A DNA stretch of 64,000 nucleotides from Lama guanicoe. Taxonomy: Eukaryota. This document shows positions 38,990-52,841 of the stretch, piece by piece (position 1 is the first letter of the stretch; every line of letters begins with the position of its first letter). Below the pieces are notes generated by a model, which made no database searches, had not been told where the DNA came from, and saw nothing but the letters and a program-made list of their open reading frames with translations. Position numbers and translations under genes: made by a program. Where the stretch lies: NCBI GenBank assembly GCA_013239625.1, contig MU054120.1, positions 372,001-436,000 on the forward strand, written 5' to 3'.

Positions 38990-40660
38990 TTTTGTCTTTT
39001 CTTAATGTGGTAAAGTTACACACACAGAAAAGTACATGAAACATAAGTGTATTCAGCTTCAAGTTATTAAAGAAGGAACAGCAATGACACTGTGCAGGTC
39101 AGGAGAACATTGTGCTCACCCCAGAAGTTCCCCACTTGCCACTGTCAACTCTTCACCTCCCTTTCTTGACTTTTATATAAATACTTCCTTGTTTTGCTAT
39201 ATAATTTCTACACCCCAAACATGCATTCCTAAGCAGTGTAATTTATTGCTATTTTAAAACTTTACATAGATTGAATCATATAGTGTGTATTTCTTATGTT
39301 TGACATCTCTTGCTCAGCATTGCTTTTGTAATTTCACCAATGATGTTACAGGTCCCTTCATTTTTTTCATTTTACTTGATTCCGTTGTATGAATGAATCA
39401 AAACATATTTATCTATTTTGCTACTAACGAACTTTTAGTTTACACCTACAATGCTGCTGTTAATTATTCTGTGCTGATTCCCTAGTGCACCATATGCCCG
39501 CAGTTTCCATGGCTAAACACATAGGAATAGATTTACTTGCCTTAAGCTTTGCATATTTTCAACTTCAGGTGCTAATTAAATTTTTTTTTCCAAAGTAGTC
39601 GTACCAGTTTACATTCCTAGGAGCACTGTATGAATTCCTGTTGCTCTGCATTCTTTTCAACACTTTTTGTCATCAGGCATTTCATTGTATCTATTATGGT
39701 ACTTTCATAGTGATAGTTTGTTATGGATTTAATTTGACTTTCCCTGATTTATAATGAGGTTGTACCTTTTCATATGTATAATGGCCAATTACATATTCTC
39801 TTTGGTGAAATTTCAGTTCCTCATTTTTCCCATTTTTCCATTGGGTGTCTTTTATTGATTTGTAGCTATTTATATGTTCTGGATACAAGCCTTTTGTCAA
39901 TTACATACATTTTTAACTGTTTTCTCTTATTAAGTGACTTGGCATTTTTAAATCCCTGATGGTACCTTTGATGAATAGGAGTTCTTAATTTTAATATAAC
40001 CCAATTTGTAAATCTTTTCTTTATCGTTATTTATTTTTTTGTCCTGTTTTAGAAATATTTCCCTGCCCTAATATCATGAGAATACTTTCCTTTATTATGT
40101 CTATTATTTTCTTTTCTATTGTCTGTTATTTTCCCTTTTGCATTTAATTCTGTAAATATTAATGGTGTGAGGTACGGTCTAATATTATTTTTCCACATGA
40201 ATACTCAATTGTCTGGGGACTGTTTATTGCTGCACTGCTACGCCAGACCATCTTTGTCTTACACCCCAGTCGTCCCTGCATCACTGGGTCTGTTACTGCG
40301 TCAGCTATCATGTTGAGCTATTTCTGTATCCTGGGGCCAATATGACACTATACACTTTTAGGCATCTTGAAACATTGTTTTTATTATATCTATTTTTAGT
40401 TTATAAACTAATGTAAATTTAATGTCTTCACTTATTTACTAGTTTCTGTACTCTTTGGGTTTTTTTCTGCATTACTAATTGTCTTCTGATAGAATTTCTT
40501 TTAGCATCAATCTGTGAATAAGAAATTCTTTGCTTTGGCTTGTGTGAGAATGCCTTTATTTCAAGTCTCATTCTATTTTAGATAGAAAATGTTTGGTTTC
40601 AGCGTATTGGTCAATTATTCCACAGTCTTTTGACTTCCTTTTTGCTGTTGAGAAGATAGC
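38990..40660 (-). mobile_element. Old, fragmented L1M element
   Basis: Antisense L1 3'UTR and ORF2-end motifs (ttccaaagtagtcgtaccagtttacattcc, ttccctgattt..gaggttg, tatatgttctggatacaagcc) and an ORF1-end-like piece near 40500-40660. Confidence 0.75.
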
Positions 40661-42719
40661 GGTCAGTTTGGTGTTACTTGTCAACAATAAGAATTGTTGT
40701 TGTTGGCCTTTTGATGTTTGAAGGAAACTATTTGAAATAGTTTATATAGTTTTAAAATTCTCTTAAATACACAGCCTGCATTACATGGACCTAAAATCTA
40801 TCCACTTTTATCTAATAAAACATAAACACACTCAGAAAATAACACCTATGACTCATTCTCCTCTCTTTTTATAGAGGTTGGTAAAAATTGAACAAGTATC
40901 CCAAATAGTGTCTTCTCCTTTTTTGTCATTGAAACCAACAGCAAAATCTCCATGGGTTTTTCCCGTGTCGCCTTTCATCAGTCGTAGATACTGATTTGAC
41001 CCTAAAAATAATTTTATCACCGAAAGAGTTTATGTGTTAAGAAGGACATTGTGGCTGTCAGCATTTTTAGGTAAAAAGAGGAAAGCACAGAAAGCCAGTT
41101 ATTTATTCAGAGTAATCTATTAAAGTGTGATTCTGAGACTAGAGTTCAAATTTTCTAATTCTAGTCCGTGAATGCTATCATCTTTCAAAGACAGTAGACA
41201 GTAGAAAAACATTTTGTAAATCATTTATTCACTGTATTATTTTGACATTTTCCTCTAAATGACATGTGAGATGAGAACTGTTATTTCCCATTACTTAAAC
41301 AAACCAGGGGCTGAACTAGGACATTGTCTGTTAGCATACAGTGATCAATGTTTTGTTGTTTGACAGGGAGTCTAAAAGGATATATCTTAGGAATTTGAAT
41401 TTTTTTAAATAACTCTAGTTGCTGGGATATACTAGCTTTCACCAAAATTAAATTAACTTAATAGTATTAAACATACATAGTTATAGCTCTTATTAACCCA
41501 TATCTCATCATGATTAGTTGTTAAGAACTGTGAATATGAGAAATAGAATATCAAGACTATGGCTTTAAGAAAAGTTGTTAGAAATAGTATGCTAAATTTG
41601 CCTTCTCTGAAAATTTGTATCATCTTTTTCATGACACTTACTGACACAAACTTATAACTGAATATTTCTACTGGAAGGTGTAATTCAATTGGAACTTTTA
41701 AAATTAAGGAAACTGAATTTTGAGTAATTTCTTATATTGCATCAACTTTCACAGAAAGTTGTATTTTTATTATTTAAAATAAATAAATCTAAACTCCTGA
41801 GGGTCCACATGAATCGCTTTATAAATGTCTAATAACATATACCGTGATATTTAGAGTGGTCTAAATGGATTTTTCATTGCCTGGGCTCTGTTAATGTCTA
41901 CTTATTTCCCAGTGAGAACTCCTCAGTAGCTCATGTGAAGACAGTAAGAAAGCCCTGCATTGAAAGCCTATTGAATTGGATTCCTTTTGAAATAATATTC
42001 CTATTTCTATAAGCCTGGGACAATTTTAAATCGGAAATATTATATGTAATTATGTTACAATCTATGCTTTCTGGGATTACCTGGATATATTCATTTTTCA
42101 AAATACAATATATGGGTAACAATTGCTCTTCTTTTGAGAAAACCTAGTACATAAAGTACAATTTTATGAAAACATTTGTGAAAGCATTCTAGTATAGTTC
42201 TCTTCACAGAGAAACTATTATTTATTTCACTTAACAAAAATACTAAAGCAAAGTATATTAAAATGGAAGTACCAGTTACACATGTAAATATTTCATGTGA
42301 TTAACTTCTTTACAAGGTCTGGAGAAAAAAATCTTGTCTGGGAGTAACTAAAAATTACTGTCAGAGGAAGATTAATCATATGTTAGATGTCTTAATTTAT
42401 AGTATACATTAATGAGAAACTAAGTCAATATACAAACATGCAACTTACATGAAATACTTTACTGTTATCCTGTGTGAAATGATGTGCTGGAAAGATGTTC
42501 AGGTAATGGATACTATGTCACTATGTTAGGAGTTACCCATCACCTTTGACACAAATCAATGCGTTTCTAACACTACAATGTTACAATAACTACTTTTTCT
42601 TCTTTTTCTTCTTTAAAATAAATGTTGTTAGCATTGCAATAAGTTTTAATTAATGTTTATAATTTGATTTATCAATCGTTTTGCATATTTACCTAATTTG
42701 CTTTTTCTAGTCTTTCTAT

Positions 42720-43720
42720 ACATGTTTATTGAACACCTACCATTGACTGTTCTAGATTTCGAGGGTCTAGTGTTGAACCAGGTATACAGGACCTCCTTGT
42801 CCTTGAAGCTTGCATTCTGGTACAGAAATACAAAAGCTCACTAGTTAATACAAAAATAAATACTTGCTAAGATGAACAAAAGGCAATACATTAGAAATTG
42901 CAGGGATGAGTATTAAATTTGGGAGAAGAGAGAGTTCAGATTAGATGATCAGAGAACGTTTTCTGAGAAAGAGGTGGCGATGGCATGGACTTAAGTAGCA
43001 AAGCAGACATGGCTATTCAAAAAGAGCATATAGGACAGCTCGTGGAAAGGTACTGAGTCAGGAATGTGCTTGGAGTATTTAAAAAGCTGAAAAAATTCCA
43101 GGTCTGAGCAAGACATGTACTATGGCTGGAATGTCACTGGCAAAGGGGAAGCAGGGATGGATGGTGGATCAAGATGACCTAAGAGAAGGAGGCAGAGGCC
43201 AGCACATGTAGTGCCCAGGAAATTATAAAATGGAATACTTCATTTATTTTATGTTCAGTGGGAATTCAGTGAAGTATGCCAAGGGGTGGCTGCAGGTGGG
43301 GGGCAGCTTGGCCTCACACCCCAATCCCTCTTCACTCAAATAAACATACAGTTTGCCTGTGAGTGAAAATGTGCACTTGCAACTCCAAATGCCTCTAAAG
43401 CATCTTCCCCAAATTCTGTAGCCAACCTCCTGTTTCTAATCAGAGTATTGTCCCAAGGGATGCCTGTATGGACATTCTGGAACTGCCACTGATAGAAAGC
43501 CTTACAGAGCTCTCTGTAGGGTAAAACCTTGCTCTTATTTGGATTAATATATGGAAATATGGGGATGGAAATTGGGAGCTCTAGACATGATAAATTTGAG
43601 ATGCATATTAAATACCCAAGGGGAGCCTGGAACTAAGAAGACATGTAAAGCCTCAAGATACTCTTATAAACACAGTGACAGTTTTTAAGTCACAGACTAG
43701 ATGAGATCATCAAGGAAGTG
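42720..43720 (-). mobile_element. Degraded L2 LINE 3' region, interrupted
   Basis: Begins tttattgaacacctaccattgactgttctag (antisense L2 3' end), followed by GA-rich L2 body. Confidence 0.6.
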
Positions 43721-45582
43721 CACAAGTGTGGGTAAGAATTTGGGGCTCATTTCAGAACCCACTGTTGTCCCCAACTCTGGAGGTTTATCTCATCAGCACT
43801 CTGACTTAAGCACATAATAATTAAATCTGGTTTTGAATCTCTGGTCCTCCCACGAGTTTGGATTTTTTCACATGTCCAGATGACAGAACCCAGGTCCCAG
43901 GTCATGGATCTCAACACGGATATTTGGAGTCCCGTCTCACCCTTTTACTCATAAGCAGATCCCGACATTTTGAATCTTTGATAAATACTGCTAGCTTCCT
44001 ACGTCAGCTGCTGAATTACAGCTCTCCTTGAATTTCACACTTCCCACTTCCAGTTTGCTGTCTTGTGAGTCACCAGCCATATCCTTTCCAGTGCCCTCTC
44101 CATCGGCTGGAGCCCCACTGCTCTTGAGTTCTGTGCGTCACCTTCTACACAGTGACACTGCCTCCTCCAGTGAAATCTCACACGCCAAACACTGATAGAT
44201 TCTGCAGAACCGTGCTCCGCGTGACTACTTCAGAATCCCTTTAGCACCTCCTGAAGGCTTAGGGTGCTCTACACAGACGGAACGTGGCACTTTGTGATGA
44301 CAGTGGCTGATGGTGGGACATTTCTCCTCACCTCAGCACTAGTATGATGGGAAGGATTTATAAACCTTTTCCTCACTTCCAGTGTTGTGGCAAGAGGCTT
44401 TGAGCGAAAAGGTGGCATTATATCTTCTGATGAAACAGACAATGCAAAGTAGACAAAGTAAATAGACAATTAGGCTTGGGGTTTATTAAAAAATTTCATT
44501 ATATGAAAACATCTGTCCTTTGAACATGCTGAGAAGTTATCATTAGGCCTCTATTGAATGCTATTATTTCTTTCTTTATGTAGTTTTAATTTTCAAGTCT
44601 CACAATGAGATAATATCTTGTGAAAATACTGCCCATTATTACCAGTTTAATCTCTAATGTCTTTGGAAAATCTTTGAACGTGTTGAAAGGTGATGTTTTA
44701 TGCATAAGAAAATTTAAGAACCACTATAGTAAGTGCTAGTTACCTTTTACCTAACATTTTTGAGAAATCCTTTCCTAAATTGCTGCTACAGTTAAACATA
44801 GCCATCTTTGTAAGTGCTGTACTCTTATTTTGAAAACAATAAAATGGCCAATTGGTGACCATTTATATTTTTTAACATTTAATTTAATTTAATTTTTTGA
44901 ATAGGCAGCGCCTTCATACGGCTCAAAAAATCTAAACCATATAAAATATATACGGTTGTTATTCTTCTTCCCACTCCTGCTTTCATACTTTTCGTCACGT
45001 TTATTAGTTTATTGTGTATGCTGCTAGCATTTTTATACAGATAGTTTTTGTTCACAAAAGGTGGTAAACAATACACCATTCTGTGCCTTGCCTTTGTCAC
45101 TTAATATTTCCTAAAGATCTTTTCATATTACCACTTATTAAATATTCTTAACTGTACTTCTTAGCCTAAGTGGTTGCCTCTGTGTTACTAAATTAAATAA
45201 AACCAACTCATTGATATTTGATAATACTTCACGGTATATTACAGCATTTAAAAAAAGATTGTTGAGGGGTAGATGACCCAGTTAAGAAAGCTGAAGTTAC
45301 AAAGAGATTGGTTAATTTTGTTTTATATAAAACCAAAGTCTTTGTTTTGTGAAGGAGGGAGTATTATACTGAACAGCAGACAAGTGAAAGCAGGACTTGG
45401 ACAAGAAATTAAGAATGGCTCTGAATATTTTCTACTTTTAATAATAAAAATTTGCAATGAAAACAGTTTAAATTCTTATACAAAAATAAAAACTGCTTTT
45501 ATTTAAGTATTCTGTTTGAAACAATAATGTATAATTTTATTTTTATAATAATTATTATTGAAATCAAGATTCTTTGAATTGA

Positions 45583-45670
45583 TACTGTAAGTTGAAACAG
45601 TCGAAATTGTCATTTTCATAGATAAAGAAATGACTGAATCTTGGCGACTTTGAATGGTTCAACCTAAGAA
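45583..45670. mobile_element. MADE2-like mariner MITE (about 80 bp palindromic)
   Basis: taagttgaaacagtcgaaattgtc..ggcgactttgaatggttcaacctaa forms imperfect long inverted termini. Confidence 0.7.
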
Positions 45671-46589
45671 TCACATGGGCTTTTATACTCACACCTGAGA
45701 CAGAGTTTCAGTGACAGCGGTTGTCAGGCAGAGGGCCCACTGTAAGGCACTACAGTCACCACAGAACCTTGGCTCTTTGTGCTTAAAGGGGGAAAACAAA
45801 ACAAAAGAGAACTAAGGCATAAAGGAACAATAGCAATCCATCTCATTCCTCACTTCAGTTCCTGTCAACTCTGACCAGGTTTCACTATTTCGAGTTTAGG
45901 TAAAAGTTGGATTATACAAAGATACATTATGGAGGATGGACTATTTCACAGCTGTTTGTACTCAGTGCTGACGTACTGTGCATCTGAGGCTTGAAAAGAC
46001 CCAGGATTTCCTGCTTCACCTCCATTTCTTATTTTCTAAGCACTCAGCTGTGTCTCCTGTTGTTACAGCTTACAACCCCTCCCCGGTACTCTGCACATCA
46101 CTTTCTTATTATTGATACTGTTTTTTTTAGGAGTTCATCAGACATTTGACACATGCATGTTTGTCTTCCTACTTACATTATAAATACTTCTTGAAACTAA
46201 TGCTCCATGTCTTCTAGTTTTCTCTCCCCTTCCTTCCTTCCTTCTTCCTCTCTCTCTCACTCTCTCTTTCTGTCTCTACCCCATTCGTTTTTGAAGTCCC
46301 CATAACTACTTGCTACAAAGGTGTGCATAGGGTAAAACATCAAGAGCTGTTGCCTGAATAAATATATCAATTTCTACTAAGGTTGAAGTTGAAATTCCTA
46401 CACACCTTGAGGGAGGGACATGAGGAATAGAGGAACCTTCTCAAGATTTCAGGTGGGCAACTTATAAATTGGAGAACACTTAAACCACTATTTAAATCCT
46501 ATTTCCCTAGTAGCTTCATAACAAAGATAGGATCAACAAGAGTGGTTCACAAAAACTATTTTAAAAATAAATGTAATTGTATTAATATT

Positions 46590-49500
46590 TTTAATAGACT
46601 TTATTCTTTTAGAGCAGTTTCAGGTTCACAACAGAATTGAGCGGAAAACACAGAGTTTGTGCACAGCCCTCCCACCCACACATATATACTCCCCTACCCT
46701 CCACATCCCTCATCAGTGTGGCATATTTGGTACAATCGATGAACCAACATGGGGACGTTATTACCAACCAAAGTCCATAGTTTACATTAGGGTTCACTCT
46801 TGATGTTGTACATTCTATGGGCTTTGACAAATGCGTAATGTCATGTAGCCACCACTATAGTATCATACCTAAAAATCCCTTGTGCTCCATCTGTTCATCC
46901 CTCCCTCCCTCCCTCTCCCCAAACCCCTGGAAACCATGGTCTTTTTTGTTGTTTCTGTAGCTGTGCCTTTTCCAGGATGTCATTTGTTTGAAATTGTACA
47001 GTTTGTAGCCTTTTCAGCCTGGCTTCTTTCATTAGTAATATGTCTCTTAAGTTTCTTCCATGTCTTTCATGGCTTGATAGATCTTTTTTTTTTAACTACA
47101 CACATATTTTTTAATTTACATATATGTACTGTTCATTGTTTCTAAGAACGTTTTAAGTTTTAGCTTTTTAAACTTACCTAGTTATCAAGGGAATAAAGCC
47201 AAGCACAAAATAAGAATTAACTCAAAAAGATACATACACCCTGCTATTAACAGCAACATTATTTGTAATTGCCAAGATGTGGAAGCATCCTAAGTGCACA
47301 TCAATAGTTGAATAGATAATGGAGATGCAGCATATATATGTGTAACAGAATACAACTCACCCATAAAAAAGAAGGCTGTTTTGCCATTTGTGGCCCTTCA
47401 TTCACTTTTTTTTTTCACTTCAAAAGCCAGAACTTTATAACTGGCAGAGACATTTCCATTACATCAAAAACAACAAAATACCTAGAAATAAACTTAACCA
47501 AGGGGGTTACCTATACTCTGAAGACCGAAATGACACAAGGAAATGGAAAGATTTCTTGTGCTCTTGGATTGGAAGAATCAGCACTATCAAAATGGTCACA
47601 CTACCCAAAGCAATCCACAGATCCATCGCAGTCCCCATCAAAATATTCACAACATTCCTCACAGAACTAGAACAAAGAATTCCAAAATTTATAAGGAACC
47701 ACAAAAAGACCCCGAACAGCCAAAACAATCTATTGTAGGTCTCTTTTTTTTACTCTTTCTTCTTTTTGTTCTCTTTTCTTATGGTTTGATGACTAGAGAA
47801 GTTCCTTTAACATTTGTTGTGATGACTAGAGAAGTTCCTTTAACATTTGTTGTAAAGCTGGTTTGGTGGTGCTGAAATCTTTTAGCTTTTGTTTATCTGT
47901 GAAGCTTTCGATTTCTCCGTCAAGTCTGAACGAGAGTCTTGCTAGATAGTATTCTTGGCTGTAAGTTTCCCCCTTGCATCACTTTAAATATATGGTGCCA
48001 CTCCCTTCTGGCCTGTAAAGTTTCTGCTGAAAAATCAGTTGATAACCTTATGGAAATTCCCTTGTATGTTATTTGTTGCTTTTCTCTTGTTGTTTTAATA
48101 TTTCCTCCTTATCCTTAATTGTCAATTTGATGACTATGTGCCTTGGTGTGTCCCTCTTTGGGCTGATTCTTTGTGGTACTCTCTGTGCCTCCAGGACATG
48201 GGTGACTGTTTCCTTTCCCAACTTGGGGACGTTTTTGGTTATTATCTCTACAAAAATTTTCTCAGGTCCTTTCTCTCTCTCTTCTCTTTCTGGGACCCCT
48301 ATAATGTGAATATTAGAGCACAGTATGTTGTCCCAGAGTTCTCTTACACTATCCTCATTCCTTTTTATTCTTTTTTCTGTTCTGAGTAGTGATTTCCACT
48401 AATCTGTCTTCTAGCTCACTGATCCGTTCTTCTGCCTCATTTAGTCTGTTCTTGGTTCCTTCTAGTGTATTGCTCATTTCAGTGATTTTATTCTTTAACC
48501 CTGTTTGGGTATTCTTTATATTTTCCAACTCTTTGCTAAAGACTTCGCTCTGTGCATCAATACTTCTCTTGAGTTCTCTGAACATCTTCACCATTTAAAC
48601 TCTCAGATAAATTGCCTATCTCCTCATCACTTATTCCTTCTTCTGGGATTTTATCTTGTGCCTTGGCCTGGGAGATACTCCTTTGCTGCCTCATATCGCC
48701 TATCTTTCTATATGTTTGTGGATTCCTTCCACAGACTTTGGGATTGTTGTTTTCTTATTTCTGGTATCTGCCCCTGGTGGATGAGGCTCGAATAGAGTCT
48801 TATGCAGCTTTCCTGGTAGGAGGAGCCAGTGTCTGCCCACTGCTGGGTGAAGCTCAGTCCTGGACCTCTTGTCTAGAGGCCTTTGTGGCTCAGGAAGTGT
48901 GCTGATGTGGGGGAGGTGGGGCTGTGTTCCCTCCCTGCATGATGTTTGGCCTGAGGCTTCCCTACAGGCTGTTGGGTGGGGCTAGGTCTTGGTGCTAATG
49001 ATCCAATCAAGATGTCAGCCTCCAGGAAAGCTCATGTAGATGAACACTCCTGGAATGTCTGCCACCGGCTTTTATGTCCCCTGGGTGAGCCGCAGCCATC
49101 CCCTACTTCCTCAGGAGACCTTCCAAAACCAGCAGGCAGGTCTGGCCCAGGTTCCTATGAGATCACTGCCTCTGCCCTTGGACTCGGCTCATGGGAGATT
49201 CTGTGTACGCTTCCACAGAGAGTGCAGTCTCTGCTTCCCCAGTCCTGTGGCGATCCTGGAGTTAAGCCACACTGGCCTTCAAAACCAGATGTCCTGGGGT
49301 CTCCTTCTCTTCCCAATGCCAGGACCCGAGCTGGGGAGCCTGGTGTGGGGCTTTGAGCTCTCACTGCTGTGGGAGGGCCTCTGAGACTTAACAAATCTTC
49401 AGCTTGTGGGTCACCCACCTAATTACATCGCGAACATGCCCCTCCTACCGTCCTGCTGTGGTTCCCTCTTTATGTTTCCAGTTGCGAATCTTTTTTGCTA

Positions 49501-49610
49501 GGTTCCAGTCTTTCTTCGATGGTTGTTTGGTATTCAGCTGTGGTTCATTGTAGTCGCGAGGAGAGGCAAGCTCATGGGCCTACCACTCCACCATCTTGAC
49601 TGGAACTCGC
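46590..49610 (-). mobile_element. Composite ORF1-only LINE-1 derivative: 5'UTR, ORF1 (48694->47826, disrupted) and a mosaic 3' tail with three poly(A) tracts
   Basis: 5' end gcgagttccagtcaagatggtggagtgg. ORF1p coiled coil (NTLEGTKNRLNEAEERISELED) and C-terminus QQMLKELL*. Flanked by aattgtattaa(t/c)att at 46575-46589 and 49611-49625 (15 bp, one mismatch). Confidence 0.85.
47788..47853. repeat. Perfect 33-bp tandem duplication spanning the ORF1 stop codon
   Basis: gatgactagagaagttcctttaacatttgttgt occurs twice in direct tandem. Confidence 0.95.
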
Positions 49611-52479
49611 AATTGTATTAACATTAATGTCGCGTGTCTTCCAAATTTTTATGCTCTCTTTTAGTGTTAGACTGACAATTTTCCTATAAAATAGTCCTGT
49701 AATCCCATATATCTAAGTACATAGCAGAATGCTCACTTTTTGACATGTATGTTTGACTTAAACCACTCTTTCTACTAATTTAGGTTTTTTGAGAGTTTTG
49801 AGCACACTGTAAGATGCTTTTAAAATTTTTCCCTCAAGTCATAAATGAAGTGCTGGATGGAGAAAACGACATTTCCTCTCTTTGTTTAGATACCAGCTTT
49901 TACTTTCTCTAGTGCTATGTTGTCCCATGAAGTTATTTAAATTTAAATTTAATTCAATGAAGATTCAGTTCCTCAGTTCCAGCAGCCACATCTCAAGCAG
50001 CACTATGGAGCATCATGTGTATGCCTTCACTTAAACCAGAATACTGTATTTAATGAACTGCCAGATGTATTTCAGATGCTTTCCTTTAATTATCACTTTC
50101 TTAATGACTTCATCTCAGCTGATCTTTACTCATTATCTTCTCTTTCTCAGTCACAAAAGTGCAAGATGGCAAAGATAGCTTTTTTTTTTTGGCAGTTTGG
50201 ATCCTATAGCTTTTTTTCTCTCTCTCTCTTTTTGGTAGTTTGGCTTTGCAATTTCAAGCTTGGCACATATTTAAAAGAAGAAAGAGTTCCATTAAAATGG
50301 CATTAAAATTGAGAAACATTTTGAAAATGGTTAACCACCGTTACAAGTCAGTATTACTCCGGGGTGAGAAGACGGTTCAAATAAACGCTCCTGGATCTGC
50401 AGGTCTGGGTGTGTTCCTTCTTTATCGCCACACCATCGCAGGTAATTACAGATGCTTTCATGTTCGGTCTTGTGGTAAATGTGCTGTTTAGAAATTTTGC
50501 AAGCTGATGTATCTGAGACATTGATCTTTAAGAAACTCTTTCCAATTTAGAAATAAGAGTGATGGTATAGTTTCGGAAACTAGAACTCCAAAATTTCTCC
50601 CTCTTAAAAGGAACTCCTCTTGTTTGGAAATAGCTACCTTAAAACAGGAATAATTTGTCAGAGTCACTGGGTGGTGTATAAGTGACCAGATTTACCTCTT
50701 CTTAGTATTACTGTAAGTAATATTTTAAAAATAGCTCTTTTACTTTAGCCTAATAGAAACATTTTCAGCTTATCTCAGACTTCCAGTAACTTGGTCTCTG
50801 CTTTCTCTCTCAGAATTAGCTCTGTACTGATTTTCCAACATCCCTGGGACATCAGTCTTGCTTTGCTTGCTCAGCTCGATTCACAGCTACTTTACAGTCC
50901 AAGGTATTCAATAAAGCGCTCCTATTCCAACTTCCAACTTGCTTTTCCCTCTGTTAACCGCCTGCCGTACTTCCTAAAACCTTGCTGCCTTGTGTGGTTC
51001 TGCTGCAGAACTTTCAGCTCAGAGCTAGATTTTGCTTTCTGACTCTCCCACCACATTCAGTACATGGGTCCATCTGTGTTGTTGACTCTCTGACCCACGC
51101 AGGATGAGGTCTTCATTTTGTCTTTCCTCCAACCTGCTGTAAAAAAACCTGCCTCATCGACTCCCTTGCCCAGTTCTGGTTCCTGATAATCAAGACCAAA
51201 TTGAGGGGTCTGGCTCCTGCTCACCTGGAAGTAGCCAGTCTTTGTGAGAGATGATGACTTCTGTCCTGCACGCCCATCTTTGTGGATGAACGCCCATTGC
51301 TTACGAAGTGTAGCCCTCATGTCCAATGCCTGGATAATTTTCTGTGTGTTCGTCTACATTCTACTACTTGGACCTTCACTGACCTTCTCTTATCACACTA
51401 TAAGAGTATTATTTTGTGTAAATTTATTCCCTGAGTATTTGAGGAAAGTGACAGGCATGTGAAGAAAGGAAAGGACCACTCCTCAGAAAGGTAAACTGGC
51501 CTTCTCGGGTGAGTTGGACTTTCCGTACTCTGAGGTCTGGACCTTCCTTCCTATCAAGAAGGGTTAAGTTCCCCTGTGAACAACTTACTGAAAGGGAGAA
51601 AGAGGGGCAGAATGAGCACTTTGTGTTTCAGAGGTTGAAAAGAAAGGCTGGTCGTGGGGGTATCCCTGAGTAAGAGGAACAGTGGTTGAAGGTTTTATTA
51701 GACTCAGCTTCTAGATTGTGAATCTCTTGGACAGTGAGACTTTAGAGGAAAATGACTGTTGGGAGTGAGCACTGAAAAGGATGAAGGGTAGGATGTGAGG
51801 GCAGCCTGGCTGCAACGTCTGTCACCCCATCGATCACCAGGGTTGATTTGGCTGATCTGGCTGGCTGAATGAGTGTCCCCGTGCTCCCTCAATGCTCCGT
51901 GTGCATCCCTCCCCAGGCTGTGCACTCGGTCAAACAGGACGACCTTCCCTGATGGAGGAGGCCGGTTCTTCTGTCTGTGCTCTCCTGCTAGAACCTCCAA
52001 ACAAACTCCCAGGGGCTACAGCAGAGGCCAGCCTGGGCTGAGCACAGCATAAAAGGAAACGGCTTGTGTTTTTGAAGTAGCCTCCAGGGAAGGGCCCGTT
52101 TGAATGAAGCTGAGGACAGTATGACTTAACTGTGGTGCGAACAGCATCACTGGAGAGATGGCAGAGGACCAGTTTTCTACAGCAGGGCTGTGGAGCTGCA
52201 AGGAGCAAAGGCAGGTGTAGCAGATGTGTGCGGACAAGCTCGCTCTTCTGTGCCTGAGAATGGAAGCCTCTTGAGCATCTGTTTTCTGTTATATAGGTCC
52301 TTGAGTTATGTGGGTGATCAAGGAAGGACACTAGCTCCCAGCATTTGTACTGGCTTTTATCCTAGAAAGGAATGTGCTGTTCAAGCTGGTTCTAATAAAA
52401 CTGTGGACAAATAAAATTAGGAGAGTCCTTGCACTCCATGCAAGGAGCAAATGTGCATAACCAACTGATTGAAACGCCT

Positions 52480-52841
52480 TGTGGGAGGAGATTTTTAGGA
52501 GGATGTGACTGCCAGCCGACCCTCAGGCTGGACCCAGGCCATCCGAGGCACCTCTTGCCCTCTCCTGTCCTTGGAGTGTGACTTCTGCCCACTGTTCCCA
52601 CAGTGGGAGTCATTCTCAAGGGCCCAGCCTTGAGAGAGTAATGTGTTGAGACCATCTGGACAGTGACTGAACCCAGCAGGGGCCTCTATACAAACTTCAG
52701 GATTCTGGCGTTGGGTGCAGAGAACTTCTGATCCCATGGTCACCCAAGGCAGTCCTCCTATGCAAGTTCCCTTGCTTATTACACCTGCTGCCTCCAGTCT
52801 AGAGTGGTCTGCCTCTACTTTTGGTGCCTCCTGACCTTTCA
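52480..52841 (+). mobile_element. Solo LTR
   Basis: tgtgggagga..cctcctgacctttca termini, TATA-like ctatacaaa and poly(A)-signal-like attacacc. Confidence 0.55.

Noticed and set aside
38990..40660. A third half-L1 (old L1M jumping from ORF1-like to 3' sequence)
   Set aside because: Too degraded, with no TSD or 5' end visible. Cannot be told apart from post-insertion deletion or two adjacent fragments.
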